Of a DNA stretch of 64,000 bases, positions 24,540-38,093 are shown in pieces; within the stretch, counting starts at the first letter, position 1; every line of letters begins with the position of its first letter. The notes beneath the pieces were generated by a model, which searched no databases, was not told the origin of the DNA, and was given only the letters and a program-made list of their open reading frames with translations. Where the stretch lies: positions 24,738,001 through 24,802,000 of the forward strand of contig OX597818.1 of the NCBI GenBank assembly GCA_951406725.2. The letters run 5' to 3'. The translations under genes were made by a program, and so were the position numbers. Source of the DNA: Octopus vulgaris (taxonomy: Eukaryota).

Positions 24540-27500
24540 AAGAAATATAAAAATAAATAAAATAAGAATAAGATGAAGATGGCACCAAAGTGGGAGAGTA
24601 TAGATTTGAATCTTCTGTTGTAAGCATGGGTGATTGCTAGTGGCAATCCACCACACAACATCATCACTGCTACACTGAAAAACAATGGCTTCTTTAGAAC
24701 CATTGAGCAGATAGAGCGGAAGAAAAATGAATTCATCTGATCCTATACCCTTACTAGACTACACACTGACACTCTTGATGTCATCATGGAAAACTACTGT
24801 GACAAGGCTGATAAGGATAGGGAAAATGAAGCAAAAACCAGAAGTCTCTTTGATTCAGTGGTCCCACAAAAGAATGGATCCCCCACCCCTGTGAATAATC
24901 AGGATGATAAGGAAGCTGAAGAAGCAACAACCAGAAGTTCCCTGTGTCAGTTGTCCTATAAAGGAATGGAGCCCTCACTCCATTGGACAACCAGAGGGAT
25001 GCAAGCACTACCACCAGAAAGGGAAGGAAAGAACACAAGCACAAACATAAAGAAGGAAAAGGAAAATATGAAATAACTAAAACTGAAACCCCAAACCATC
25101 AAACAAAAAACAGAAAACTCAAATATGGAGGCTCCAATGGAATCCTAGAGAAGAAATTTGGAGTGCAGTCAAGGACATGCAAATTTTACCTGCAAGGCAA
25201 GTGTTGGCATGGGGAAGACAGTACAAACTGCTGGTTTGTTCACCCGAGACCTCACCAAAACTACAGGGGCTTTAAGGAGAAATACTTCCCTGAGGAAAAG
25301 CACCAATCATCTCAAAAAAAAAAAAAACTATACAAATGCAGTGTGCTCTTCAGATGTTATGCACAAGGCAGCAGCTGACCTGGCTACATCAAGTGCAAAC
25401 AAGGAACCTTGCCCACCACTCTGCAAGACCACCACAATCAACAGATGTGGGATGGCCTCCCTTAATGCCTGTACAGTCATGTCAATATTTTTGCTAAATA
25501 TTGGGGGCTTGTTGCATCACAACAACAAAAGCAAAATCTTTTTCCTGAGACCTTGCTGCATGCAATCAAGTCCTATGCATAGCATCTGAACCCTGATATA
25601 GAGGATCACAAGTACATGTACCAAAATATACCATACTGCGAACAGACAGAAGAGAAAGGGGGCATGGTGGAGTTGCTGTATATATCTGGGAAGAACTCAC
25701 ACCCCAGGTCTTACTGTCATACTCAAATTCAGTATGTGACACTAATTGTATACATAAGACAACACCATATAGTCATATGCAATACATATCACCCACCAGG
25801 TGTTCCAAACCACATGGGCAAATTTGAAGATTGCCTCATAAGAATTAAAGAAATCCTCATGAAACTGGAACATCATTTATGGGTGATTTCAACTTCCCCA
25901 ATGTCAAATGGCCCAAAGGCCTCATGCTCTCAGGAATGACTCATTGCAAACAAGCACAGGTGGAGTCCCTGCTCAACCTTACCAATGCCCTATTCATGGA
26001 GTAAGTTGTGCTCAAACCAACTAGGGCGAATAACATTTTGGATCTCTGCTTCACAAACAATATGAACATTGTTCATAATGTGAAAGTGACGTCGTCATTA
26101 GTTTTGGATCATAACATAATAGAGCTGTCTATGTGTGGACCAAAAGTAGCCAGAGACAGACAGCCTAAAGGAAGCACCCAAAATCTCTCCAATCTGAACT
26201 TCCACAAAGCAGACTTGAAATAGATCCAAAAAGAAGTCCTCAGACAAGACTGGCTAAAATGTCTCTCCACACCAGACATTGGCATGAAGCTAGAATATTT
26301 CATGTCTGTTTTGTAAATCACATGCCAGAAATATGTCTCAGAGCACAAGGCCAACACAAAAAGGAACAAGATTCCAAGGGAGAGGAGATCCTCATGAGAC
26401 GATGGACGAAGTTTGCAAATCGCTTCAACCAACATTCCAAAAGTAGGGAAAGGTCCCATCTAAAAACAACACTAATGGAGACTGAAAAAAGCCTGCAACA
26501 ATCTTATGTGAGGGAGAGAGTAGACAAAGAAGCCTGGGTTATAAAAAACATTAAATCAAACCCAAAGGCCTTCTCTCATTATGCCAAAGAAACAGCATCA
26601 GTACGCTGCAAAATAGGACCGCTCTTCCAAAAGGATGGCTCCCTCACAGATAGTCCAACCAGAACCAGTGAGGTATTAAATGACCAGTTCAAAAGTGTCT
26701 TTACCACTCCATTGGAACACAGATAAGTGAATGAACCAGTGGATTTCTTTGCTGCCTCACCTATAACCAGTGAGGCAGTTACGATGGATTACATTGACAT
26801 TAGTAAAGAGGATATACTACTAGCCATAGATGAGGTTGATGCAAACTCAACTGCTGGTCCTGATGGTTTCCAGGCAATCCTCCTCAAATCATGTAAGCAT
26901 GCCCTGGCACATCCTCTTCCAGAACTTTCTTGCAAATGGCAGACTGCCAGGCAAACTGAAGGACAGAATAATATGCCCAATCCATAAAGGAAGAAACAGA
27001 GTAAATGCCAAAAAACTATAGGCCTATTTCACTGACTTCACACATCAGCAAAGTCATGGAATGAATAGTCAGAGGGAAACTAATCGCATACCTTGAAGAA
27101 AATAACTTGCTGAGTGGTACCCAGCATGGCTTTCAATCAGGTAGGAGCTGCCTGACCCAGCTCTTACAGCACTATGACTGGGTGTTGAGGAAGTTACTCA
27201 ACAACTTAAATGTGGAAGTAATATACCTTGACTTTGCAAAAGCTTTTGATGAAGTTGATCGTGGTATGATATGCTACAAATGGCATTATCTTGGCATAGC
27301 TGAAAAACTTGGAGAGTGGTTACATGACTTTTTGAAAAATAGAAATCAGGCAGTAGAGGCCAATGAAGCCACCTCAAAGAAAACACAAATAGTGAGTGGG
27401 GTTCCACAGGACACTGTCTTGGGTCCACTGCTTTTCATAGTGGCCCTCTCAGATATACCTTCAACTGCCTGGATAGCCACCTTTGCTAGCTACACAAACG

Positions 27501-27755
27501 ATACTAAAGTCTTGCAGAAAATACAGAATCCCAGCGATGTTGAACACCTGCAGCAAAAGTTGGACTCAATTTACAGACGGGCTAAGGACAATAATATGCA
27601 GTTTAATACTGAAAAATTCCAAGCCCTGCACTGCCAATATCCAGAACTGAATATGAAACTTATAGGATACACTAGTCCACAAGGGATTACAATCCCAGAG
27701 CCTAAATCAGTGCGAGGCCTGGGTATCAACATGAGTGATGATACAAAGGTCATCT
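24540..27755 (+). mobile_element. Degenerate CR1/L2-like LINE (ORF1 with CCCH finger, AP endonuclease, RT), 3' end missing
   Basis: PTRANNILDLCFTN (endonuclease); AGPDG, QHGFQSGRSCLTQLL, YLDFAKAFD and SGVPQDTVLGPLLF (RT); many stops and frameshifts. Confidence 0.9.
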
Positions 27756-28136
27756 AAAAAATACAAAAGGACCCAAAAGGAAAAAAAAAGAAAAAAACAC
27801 ATTTTTAAAACACACATACCCATATTCTTTCTCTTTCACCTTCTCCTTCCCTCTATTTCCCTATCACTCCCCCCTCTCTCTTTCACCTTCTCTCTCCCTC
27901 TATTTCCCATTATATACACACTCTCTCTCTCTCCCCACTTCATTCACCAATAATATAAAAACAGGCAAAACTCTACAAACTGACATTTATGATGAGACTA
28001 CAGTTGAAAGCACTTAAATATGTAATTAAATATGTGATTTGAAGAAATAATGTGATATGTAAATATATATATTTTTTACAACCATCCAGCATTCTGTACA
28101 TCACCCCCAATACTTCTTATATATATATACACACAC

Positions 28137-28175
<39 letters not shown>

Positions 28176-28207
28176 CATACATATATATATACATATATAT
28201 ATATACC

Positions 28208-28507
28208 ACCGTGACCGACCAGGCTATCAGATGTGTTGCTACACATCGCTGGTCACAATGCACTTCACATTGTTTTAGCCTTCAAATGACGCCACCCCGC
28301 TGGCTAAGCGAGCAGGCCAACAGAAGGAAGAGTGAGAGAAAGTTGTGGCGAAAGAGTACAGCAGGGATCACCACCACCCCATCCCGGAGCTTCATGGAGC
28401 TTTAGGTGTTTTTGCTCAATAAACACTCACAACACCTGGTCTGGGAATTGAAACCGCGACCCTACGACAGCGAGTCCGCTACCCTAACCACTGGGCCATT
28501 GCACCTC

Positions 28508-28510
<3 letters not shown>
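28208..28510 (-). mobile_element. tRNA-derived SINE
   Basis: Minus strand starts gtggaggtgcaatggcccagtggttagg...ggtttcaattccc (Pol III A and B boxes). The body is shared with the SINE at 53857. Confidence 0.8.
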
Positions 28511-28547
<37 letters not shown>

Positions 28548-28570
28548 CATATATAAATATACACATAGAT

Positions 28571-28617
<47 letters not shown>

Positions 28618-28847
28618 CATATTACAATTAATAAGAGGAATGACACTAAAGTGGATTCCTATATGCTAGAGATAGATGTCAAATCGCCTTACCATAAAGA
28701 GTGTGTCCTCAAGAAGAAAAAAAAACCCAGCAAATGCCAAAATGTAAAAAATAAGCAAGGCAAATGAAAATTGATAAAATAATTTTGAATATGCTAGACA
28801 CTGGTTTAAATTGATGTTAATTGATTAATATCAATTTCTACCCTCAT

Positions 28848-29420
28848 GTAAAATTCTTTTTAGTTTTGGGTCCTTGTGTAGTATTGGTAGGTTTTGTATG
28901 ATTGTGCTGAATGCTTCTTTGTTTCTGGGGTTGTATGTGGAAATGCAGGGTAGTGTTTTAAGGAGAGGTTTGTTAATGTCTTTGGTTTTTCTTAATGTTT
29001 TGGTGTTGATAGATTTGGCACGTTTTATTCCTTCATTAATGAGTTGGATTGGGTGGTATCTATCCAGGAGGACATTTTTCAGTTCTTGTAATCTTGAATC
29101 TCAAGTTTTTTTTTTCTCTGAGACAATAGTGCAGATTCTTCTTGCCAAATCTATCAACACCAAGACATTAAGAAAAACCAAAGACATTGACAAACCTCTC
29201 CTTAAAACACTACCCTGCATTTCCACATACAACCCCAGAAACAAAGAAGGATTCAGCACAATCATACAAAACCTACCAATACTACACAAGGACCCAAAAC
29301 TAAAAAGAATTTTACTTGACATTAAAATTGTCAAAAGCAACAAACAACTTAAGTAATTAAAGAAACTTCTACACAAGCCCAACTCAATAAAGAGACATAT
29401 TTCATCCAAAAATACAAACC
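28848..29420. mobile_element. Penelope-like element fragment with a 173-bp inverted duplication
   Basis: Minus strand reads LARRICTIVSE...RLQELKNVLLDRYHPIQLINEGIKRAK...ISTYNPRN...NLPILHKDPKL (PLE post-RT region). Arms are 28848-29020 and 29143-29315. Confidence 0.8.
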
Positions 29421-29653
29421 TGAACTTAACACCAATTCATTTTAATTGTATTACTAATTGTCACTTAATTGCTTGACTCCTGGACACCCATTTATATTCG
29501 AACCTGAGTCATGAGAGGTCCGACATGACTCTTATGAAGAAAGTATTCAAATCTTGGCAATTGCTTTGTTGTTCATTTTCTACTGGACTGATTTATTTCA
29601 ACATATACAAAAAAGTTATATATGTATACCAACCACAATTTTTACTGTTCATA

Positions 29654-29689
<36 letters not shown>

Positions 29690-30112
29690 AATATATTTTT
29701 CAAGAGAGAAAATGAGATGTTAGAGCATAAAATACATGCATATACACTCATTCACATGTTACTACTTAATCTTTAAAACCTAGTACAGTAATATAATTAA
29801 CTGTGTATAAAATGAAATGATTCCTGTAACTGTATGCTTGCCAAAAACACTGAAAATCCTAATATCACCATAAACTTTATTATACAAACTTTCTGTGACT
29901 TTTACATTTCTTTTCTTTCTTATACACCTATCCCACGTGTATACAGAACTTTCCATTCTTCACTATATATATATATATGTGTGTGTGTCATCTAAGAGTT
30001 ATAAGTCAGGAAAAAAATGCACTCGTATATCTGTCAATAGAGTGGATATATTATCTGAAGTGTACAGTATTATATACCCATTATGACCAATCTTATCAAT
30101 TGGTTTTACACA

Positions 30113-30344
30113 AGGGATTCACCGGAGTGTTAGATAACAACCCAATTATGCAACCCATCAGATGTAGCCATTATGGAATGAAAGATGGCAGGGATTCAAC
30201 GGAGTGTTAGATAACAACCCAATTATGTAACCCATCAGATGTAGCCATTATGGAATGAAAGGTGGCAGGGATTCAACAGAGTGTTAGATCACAATCCAAT
30301 TATGTAACCCATCAGATGTAGCCATTATGGAATGAAAGATGGCA
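30113..30344. repeat. Tandem repeat, 3 x 77 bp
   Basis: gggattc recurs at 30114, 30191 and 30268 with near-identical units and no spacers. Confidence 0.95.
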
Positions 30345-30861
30345 TCTGCTGTTGGAGGTGAATAGACATACCCAGTTTGCAGTTGCTGTGAAAAAGTTTA
30401 TGAAATGAAATGAGGAGGGGATTGAGTTATGTCCCTCGGTACCAAAACATCACCACTGGTGTGGTTATGTTGCAAGTCAGAGATTTTGGGGAAAGTTTGT
30501 GGGAAATGTGTCCTAAAGGTTGGTGTTCTTGTGGAAATGGAATTTGTGTAGTGGTACTATATGTATAACCTTTGCAGGGAGTGTGGGCATATACATTTGT
30601 GTTCATTAGTTTATTTTCTTTCTCTTATATATTGGTTAAGTTTGTGGGACCTTTATGTGTGCATGTGGTGTGTGTAGGGTGCAATATGTGTGGGAGTTTA
30701 TATTGGGGGTGGTGGAAAATACTCTGTTGGGTAGGTGTTTGCCGCGTTAGGGCGTGTGTGTTTGTTTGTTTGTGTGTGTGTTAATGTATGCTCTGATCAA
30801 ACTCTTTGCTAGACTGCAAGGTATTGATGGAGGGCCAAAGTCGGGGAACTGGTGATTATAG

Positions 30862-31120
30862 CTACAATGGCGCATGCAGATATGATAGGATATACTTCCT
30901 CTCATGTGGGCAAGAACTAAAACTTTCACTTTTACTATTCAGATAAATGCCTGAGTGCTGGGTGCTCCTTAGATACACTCTTTTCTCAACCAGGCATAAC
31001 CTGCATTTCCTGCTGCTATTGAAGTATGGTTTACATTTCTCTAGAATCTTCCACTTTATGCTGTACTCAATAGCACTCAAAGATCAAATGTGCTTGGCCA
31101 GGGTTGTGGCATTAGATCTT
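30862..31120 (-). mobile_element. Penelope-like element C-terminal (GIY-YIG region) fragment
   Basis: NATTLAKHI*...YSIKWKILEKCKPYFNSSRKCRLCLVEK...LNSKSESFSSCPH resembles the CxLCLxEK..LNxxxE..CxH tail of PLE proteins. Confidence 0.75.
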
Positions 31121-31449
31121 TCCCTTTTATCACTTTTGTTTTTTCTTTCTCTTTTCCTCTTGTGCTTCTTCCTATCTTTTTTTCTTCCTTTGTTTAAAAA
31201 ACAAAATTGAAATCTTGAAATGTCATTAGCTACCTGTCCATCACAGGCCTTCCTCAAATATATATTTTTCCTTTCTGCTTTCTTTTCAGTCCTCCCTAAC
31301 TTTCTCTTTCACCTCTCCTCCTCTCCATTTGTATAAAAGCCAAGAAACTTTTGATAAAATTTATTTTGGAAAATCCTCATGAATGGATATATATACACAC
31401 ACACACACACACACATATACATATATGTATGTAAGTATATATATATATA

Positions 31450-31483
<34 letters not shown>

Positions 31484-31534
31484 CATTTGGATACCTACAC
31501 CTCTCATATATATATTGTGTGTGTGTGCATACAT

Positions 31535-33955
31535 ATCATCATTTAATATTTGTTTTCCATGCTGGCATGGGTTGGATGGTTTGACTGAAAACTGGTAAAC
31601 TGCACTAGGTTCTAATTTGATTTGGTATGGTTTTTACAGCTGAATACCCTTCCTAACACCAACCACTCCAAGAGTACAGTGGGTGCCTTTTATGTGCCAG
31701 TTATGTAACACTAGTATCAGCCATGTCTACAACCTCACTTGGCTTGACAGGTCTTCTCAAGCACAGTATATCGTCAAAGGTGTCAGTTACCTGTCACTGC
31801 TTTTGTGAGGCCCAATGTTTGAACAGTGCTTTTTACATACCACTGGCATGGTTGCCATTACATAACACTGGCATTGGTCACAACTACGATTTCACGTGGT
31901 TTGACGGGTCTTCTCAAGCATGTAATATTGCCCAGCATTTGAAGGGTGCTTTTTAGATGCCAATTGCACAACAGTGGCATCAACCATGATTACAATCTCA
32001 CTTGGCTTGACGGATCTTCTCAAGTACAGCATATTACTAAAGGTCTCAGTCACTTGTCATTGCCTCCATGAGGCCCAACATTTGAAGACCATGCTTCACC
32101 ACCTCATTTCATGTTTTCCTGGGTCTACCTCTTCCACAGGTTCCTTCACCTTCGAGTACAGTACTTCTTCACACAGCTGTCCTCATCTATATGCATCACA
32201 TGACCATACCAATGCAGTCATCTCTCTTGCACATCACATCTGATGCCTCTTATGACCAATTTTTCTATCAAGATGCTTACACTCTGTCATGCATGCACAC
32301 AAATGTTACACATCCAGTGAAGCATACTAACTTCATTTCTTTCAAGCTTACACATGTCCTCAGCAGTCACAGCCCATGTTTCACTGCCGTGTAGCACACA
32401 GGTATTATACAGTCTGCATTTTACTCAGTGGGAGAGGCCCTTTGCCACCAACAGAAGTAAGAGCTCTTTGAACTTTATGCAGCCTATTCTTATTCTAACA
32501 GCAACACCTTTGGAGCATCTACCTCCGCTACTGACTTGGTCACCTAGGTAATGGAAGCCAACAGCTACTTCCAGCTTTCCCCACTCGCATTGGATGGAGT
32601 TTATTTTCTGTACATTTTTAGTGTTTATTGTGCATATGCACCTTCCACATAAAGACTATTTTCCCTGTTAACCTTCTTCTAAGATTGCTACATCTCTGTG
32701 TTCATGGCTTACACCAGGTACATTTTATGGAGTTTCTTCCTATGCCTTTTCTACAGATCAAGCAGGGCCATCTACCTGAAGGGATTTGTGATTTGTCTGC
32801 TTTCCTACTTACTAAGACTTTGGTTTTTGCTAGATTATCTCTAAGTCCCTTTGATTCTAGACCTTACTTCCATGCCTGAAATTTCTTCTCTAGTTCTGGA
32901 AGTGATTCAGCTATGAGAACAAGGTCATCAGCATAGAGGAGCAGCACATCTTAAATTCCTCTCTGTTATTGCCTGGAGGACTATGATGAACAAGAGGGGC
33001 TGATCCTTGGTGAACCCCTACTTGTACCCTGAATTTATTGCTATACTCATTGCCAATCCTCACCTTACTGGCTGTATCCCTGTACATGACTTGTACAGCT
33101 CTCATCAACCACTTGTCTATCCCTAGCTTCTGTGTTGACCACCAGATAAGGAATCAGGGGACCCTGTCAAAAGTGTTCTCTATGCCAACAAAAGCCAAGT
33201 ACAGAGGTTTATTTTTGGCTAGGTACTTCTCTTTTAGTTACCTTACTAGAAATATAACATCTGTGGTGCTTCTCCCTGGCATAAAACCAAACTGCATCTC
33301 ATCTAGACTAACTCTCTTCCTAATTAGTTGGGCTATGACCTTCTCCATAACTTCCATCACCTGATCCAACAGTTTTATACCTCTGTAATTATTCCTGTCC
33401 AAGGTGTCACCTTTACTTTCGTAGCAGTTGATTATGATGCTGCTACACCAGTCATTGGGTATGACTCTCTCATGTACAACCTGATTAACTATACGAGTAA
33501 GTAGACCATAACCCACACCACCAGATATTTTAAGCATCTCAATATTGATTTCTGATGGGACAGGGGCTTTCCCTATCTTCATGATTTTATCTAACATGGT
33601 ACTGTCTATTTGGATTGCTTGCCTCTCTGTTGGATCCACAGTAGGCAGACTCTCCTTTTCCCATGAGTTCTCTACATTTAGCAGTCTTTCTTAGTAGCAC
33701 TTCCAAGTCTCTCCAACAACATCACAATTTCCGTTGGCACACTGTCTTGCAAACCGAAACACTTCAAGTCACCAGTCCTCATGCCATAGAATGCTGACAA
33801 ACTTCTTCCTTTCTGCTTCACCACAGCTAAGTATACCTGCTTCCTAGTTTCCCTTCTAGCTGCCTGATATAGTTCCTTGCTACCACCACCCTTCCAGTCC
33901 TTCCAAGCCTGTTTCTTTACTGTAATGGCCCTGTAAACTACTCTATTCCACCACT
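31535..33955 (-). mobile_element. 5'-truncated degenerate RTE-clade LINE
   Basis: NYRGIKLL, QFGFMPGRSTTDVIF, VGVHQGS and YADDL motifs, plus the family 3' UTR and (GAT)n tail. Confidence 0.9.
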
Positions 33956-34999
33956 TTTGAATGAATATTGTTCTTAAAATAAATACATAGTCCTGATTTT
34001 CTAGCTTTTCAGTTTGCTTTCATTACTTGGAGTCTTTCTGTATTTAGTTCTGTATTAGAGATTAAATTCCTTTAGGTATGTTCTGTAAAATAGACTAATA
34101 TTACAACTGGTGTTACTTCACAGTACTCTTCATTATATTTAGTCTTTGTTTTTGTTTATTCAACTGATATTTGCATATATTAATGAGCTTGTGTTTTGAC
34201 CCTATTTTTGGATTTGTTATTGTATTTGTTTCAGAGTCATCTCATACTGGTTTTTCTCATTGCATTTGTTGTCATGTTATCTGTTGTTAGGTGTTTGGTG
34301 TAACTACTGGTAAAGATTCATTATATATGGTCTTATTAATGTGATGGATGGTTGCTTGTAATTCATTGTAAATTTTGCTAAAAGACAAGCAAAAATGTAT
34401 TGAAGACAATTCATTTTCAAAGTAATGAACAACAATAAGTCAAAATATGTTTGTTTTCCCACTCTTATCTGATGTGTCCTCTGAATTTTAAAGAAATTGT
34501 TATCTGTCACCTTTATACCTTAATCAGCACGTGTATTACAGAATAAATTAAATGATAAAAGAGGTTACATTTTAACCACTTCTCTGTGTGAAGGGGTTAA
34601 GATGTAAGCTCTTTTATCATTTAATTTATTGTGTACACACTCTCTCTCTCTCCCTCTCCACACACACATCCACACAATAGGTAATAGAATGAATTACTGT
34701 AAGATATTTAATTTATTTAGTTGTTCAGTCCCACTACATAGTGGAATTCAAACCTAGTATTTTCTGCTATAGACCCTGGCTGACCAAAGCCTTGTGACTG
34801 GATTTGGTAAAGACAGATTGAAAGAAGAGCTAATATTATGCATATTTTTTTTTACTTTTGTTGTTGGTCTTTTTCTTCTTAAAAACAATAATCAATTTGG
34901 TTTTATTTTTTGGAAAATTTTGAAACCCCAATTTGTGGAAGAGGTATGGAGTCCTCCTGGGAATCTGCACCAGAAGGACAAACAAGGAGATTTCAGACT

Positions 35000-35890
35000 T
35001 CTTCAACATCAGTAGAAAGGAGCTGGAAGATTTAGGATTCAACTACTAGGTAACAGCAGAGAAGAAAACCCATGATCGATGACCTGATGCTGTCAGAATA
35101 CTGGAATTCATTGCTGAAATCTAGGAGATCAACAATCATCCCAGCAAGTCGATGCATGCCATTGCACAGGAGAAAGGCATGGATGAAAATCTCATCAGAC
35201 TGCTGGTGCATGAGGGCATTCACTACTTTTCATTCATGATGAGGAAGGGACAATTTCTGTCCAAGGAAAAGTGACTCTAGCACACCAAGAAGCTGATCAA
35301 CAAGTTGAAATACCTGTTGGAGCTAGACATGTTGGAGCTAGGTATGTTTTCCGATGAGAAGAATCTCTGCCAAGACTAGAAGATTAACTCCCAGAATAAC
35401 AGGTGGCTTGCTATCTCATCAGAGTCATACAGATGAAATTTTCAGTGGCAGTCGTGGTCTTTAGTGATGTCATGCCACTCCACTCCTTCCCTAAGAGCCT
35501 CAGGCTAAACAGCAGCAGCTACATTCATGTTATGAGTGAGGTGGTGAAGTCTTGAATTGACTGGGTAGCTGCAGGGAGGTCATACATGTGGCAGTAAGAC
35601 TCTGTGCCCTGCCACACCAGCTGGAAGACCCAGGCTTAGCTGTTGGAGAATTTCTTCAATCATACAGCACCTGTCATTTGGCCTCCCAACTTGCCTGATT
35701 GCAATTCCAACTTCTTTTTGTGGGACAGAATGGAATGAGAAACCAACAAATCCAGCTGCAATATGAAGGATGAGCTAAGGACCAGGATTACCAGGACCTT
35801 CAGGAGCCTAAAATGGGGATGGCGACAAAGGGCTGTGGTCAGTTCCAAAGTTGCCAGGAGGCTGTCATCAAAGTGAAAGGCAGGTTCATC
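35000..35890 (+). mobile_element. Degenerate Tc1/mariner-superfamily transposase (DD37D/maT-like)
   Basis: FSDEKN...NSQNNRWLA...WQ*DSVPCHTS...WPPNLPDCN motifs, with stops. Confidence 0.75.
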
Positions 35891-36612
35891 ATGTGTGATC
35901 GATAGAACATGTCATGAAGACAAACTGATCCAGATTGTTTGGAACTACTGCAATAAACTCACGAGCAATGCACATCAAAAGTCTTCAAATTCACAGCAAA
36001 TCACAGAGTAATGTTTGATGTCATGATGATCACTCATCTATAACAGCCAATTCTACATTCCAAAGATGAGGTTTCTTTCCAGAGCTAATATTAAAGATTA
36101 ACTTAAAGATTAACTTAAATATTAACTATTTCACTTGTAAACAGCTTGCTGACTTTCTACAAAGCACTCTGCATTAGGACAGTAATTCTGTTGCTGCGCA
36201 CACTAATACTGAAGACCACAGCTTAAAGATGGTCATCTGACAAATACACAAACCTTCATATACTAACCATTAGTCTACTGATGTACAATCTGTCTCTGTC
36301 TATTCTCCTCTCTTCATGTCTATTGCATTTCATCTTAACTTCTACCTAATCTTTCCTTCTTGGCACTCTGGAACACTCTCTGGCTTATTTTTCCCTACAA
36401 CACACATAAAATTACACAAATATATACTGAATATCAACTGCATTGACATCACCAGAGTGGAAAAGTTTGGAAGAGCTAAAGGTCATGTCTTCTCCTCTTG
36501 ACCAAATTAAAACACATTCACACCTGGAGAAATCAAAGCAAGAGCTAATTTTAAGCAAATCTAGGGGCTGTCAGCTCGCAATTTCAGAACCAGTTGTAAT
36601 TTTCACTTACTA

Positions 36613-37738
36613 CTAGCAGAGACACCTGGCATTGCTCAGGATTAAAATGACATAGTTTTTTATTGTTTTACTTGTTTCGGTCATGTGACTGCAGCCATGC
36701 TGGAGCACCACTTTTAGTCAAAGAAATCGACCCCAGGATTTATTCTTTGTAAGCCTAGTACTTATTCTATTGGTTTGTTTTATCAAATGGCTAAGTTACT
36801 GGGATGTAAACACAGCAACATCAGTTGTCAAGCGATGGTGGGGGTACAAACACACACACACACACATATACATATATATATACACACACACACACACACA
36901 TACACATATGTATATATATGAGGGGTGTATGAAAAGTCTTGAGCCGCAAAAAAAAACAAAACACAGTACAAGATTTCTGATGATTTATTTTTCAACATAG
37001 CCCCCCTCGATGGCTGAACACTTTCTCCAGCAGTGCTGAAGTGCCATTATCCCAGTGTAGAGGAACTCTTTTGTTTGAGACTCCAAGAAACCTCCTACAG
37101 TGTCTATGACATCATTGTCACAGGCAAAATGGCGACCAGCCAGGACTTTTTTCATTTTTGGGAATAGATAAAAGTCAGAGGGGGCTAAGTTTGGTGAATA
37201 AGGCGGATGGAGAACAAGTTCGTATCCACAATCACAAATTGCTGCCATGGCAACCACTGAGGTGTGGGCTGCAACATTGTCGTGATGAAAAAGGACTTCT
37301 CTGGTGGGCCTTATTTCTTTGATTGCTTCTCGTAGGCATTTCAGTAGCTGAGAATAATACAGCCTTGTGACAGTGTGACTCTTTTCAAGGTAACTGATCA
37401 GCAAGACGCCTTGAGAATCCCGAAAAACTGATGCCATGACCTTGCCAGCTGAAGGAATGACCCTGGCCTTCTTTGGAGTAGGAGAAGATGTGTGCTTCCA
37501 CTGCTTTGATTGTTCTTTGGCTTCAGGCTGGTAGTGATGAACCGCCTGACTAGCCCTCATGCCAGTAGCATGTAAAAGCACCCACTACACTCTCGGAGTG
37601 GTTGGCATTAGGAAGGGCATCTAGTTGTAGAAACTCTGCCAGATCAGATTGGAGCCTGGTGCAGCCATCTTGTTTGTCAGTCCTCAGTCAAATCGTCCAA
37701 CCCATGCTAGCATGGAAAGTGGATGTTAAACGATGATG

Positions 37739-37770
<32 letters not shown>

Positions 37771-38093
37771 TAATAGTTTTACTATGTATATATTATATAC
37801 ATGGTGAAAGTATTAATAGTGAAACTACTAAAACTGAAAGTATTATCTCACATTACAATAGAGATGCTATTGTTTCACTTTTGACACATAACACTGAAAT
37901 AGTGTAAGAGATAGGAGTTTGCTCCGGGCATGTATTAGGCAAGAAGTTGAAAATTTTTTGGGCCAATGACACTGCATGGGCCCTAAGTAAGGCATGTATA
38001 ACATTTGAATGAAATCGGTTGGGTAGTTCTCGAGTTTTAGGGATTCACACAGACAGATACACACAAATTCTGAGTTTTATATATATATATAGA
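36613..38093 (-). mobile_element. Non-autonomous Helitron ends enclosing a nested SINE, mariner and RTE tail
   Basis: Minus-strand 5' TC-TATATA start at 38093; 37865-38090 is a reverse-complement copy of about 4733-4945. A minus-strand hairpin and CTAG end lies at 36613. Pairing the two ends is an inference. Confidence 0.5.
36919..37545 (-). mobile_element. Mariner (DD34D) transposon, 3' half
   Basis: ORF 36985-37581 contains SAGKVMASVF, FHHDNVAAH, HPPYSPNLAPSDFYLF and GGYVEK*. TIR-like TA|tgaggggtgtatgaaaagt at 36917-36940. Confidence 0.92.

Noticed and set aside
30113-30344. CRISPR-like array
   Set aside because: Units are contiguous with no unique spacers, there are no cas genes, and the context is eukaryotic.
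36985-37581. SETMAR-like or domesticated transposase gene
   Set aside because: Only the 3' half is present, fused to a retroposon tail, with no SET domain; an ordinary mariner relic.
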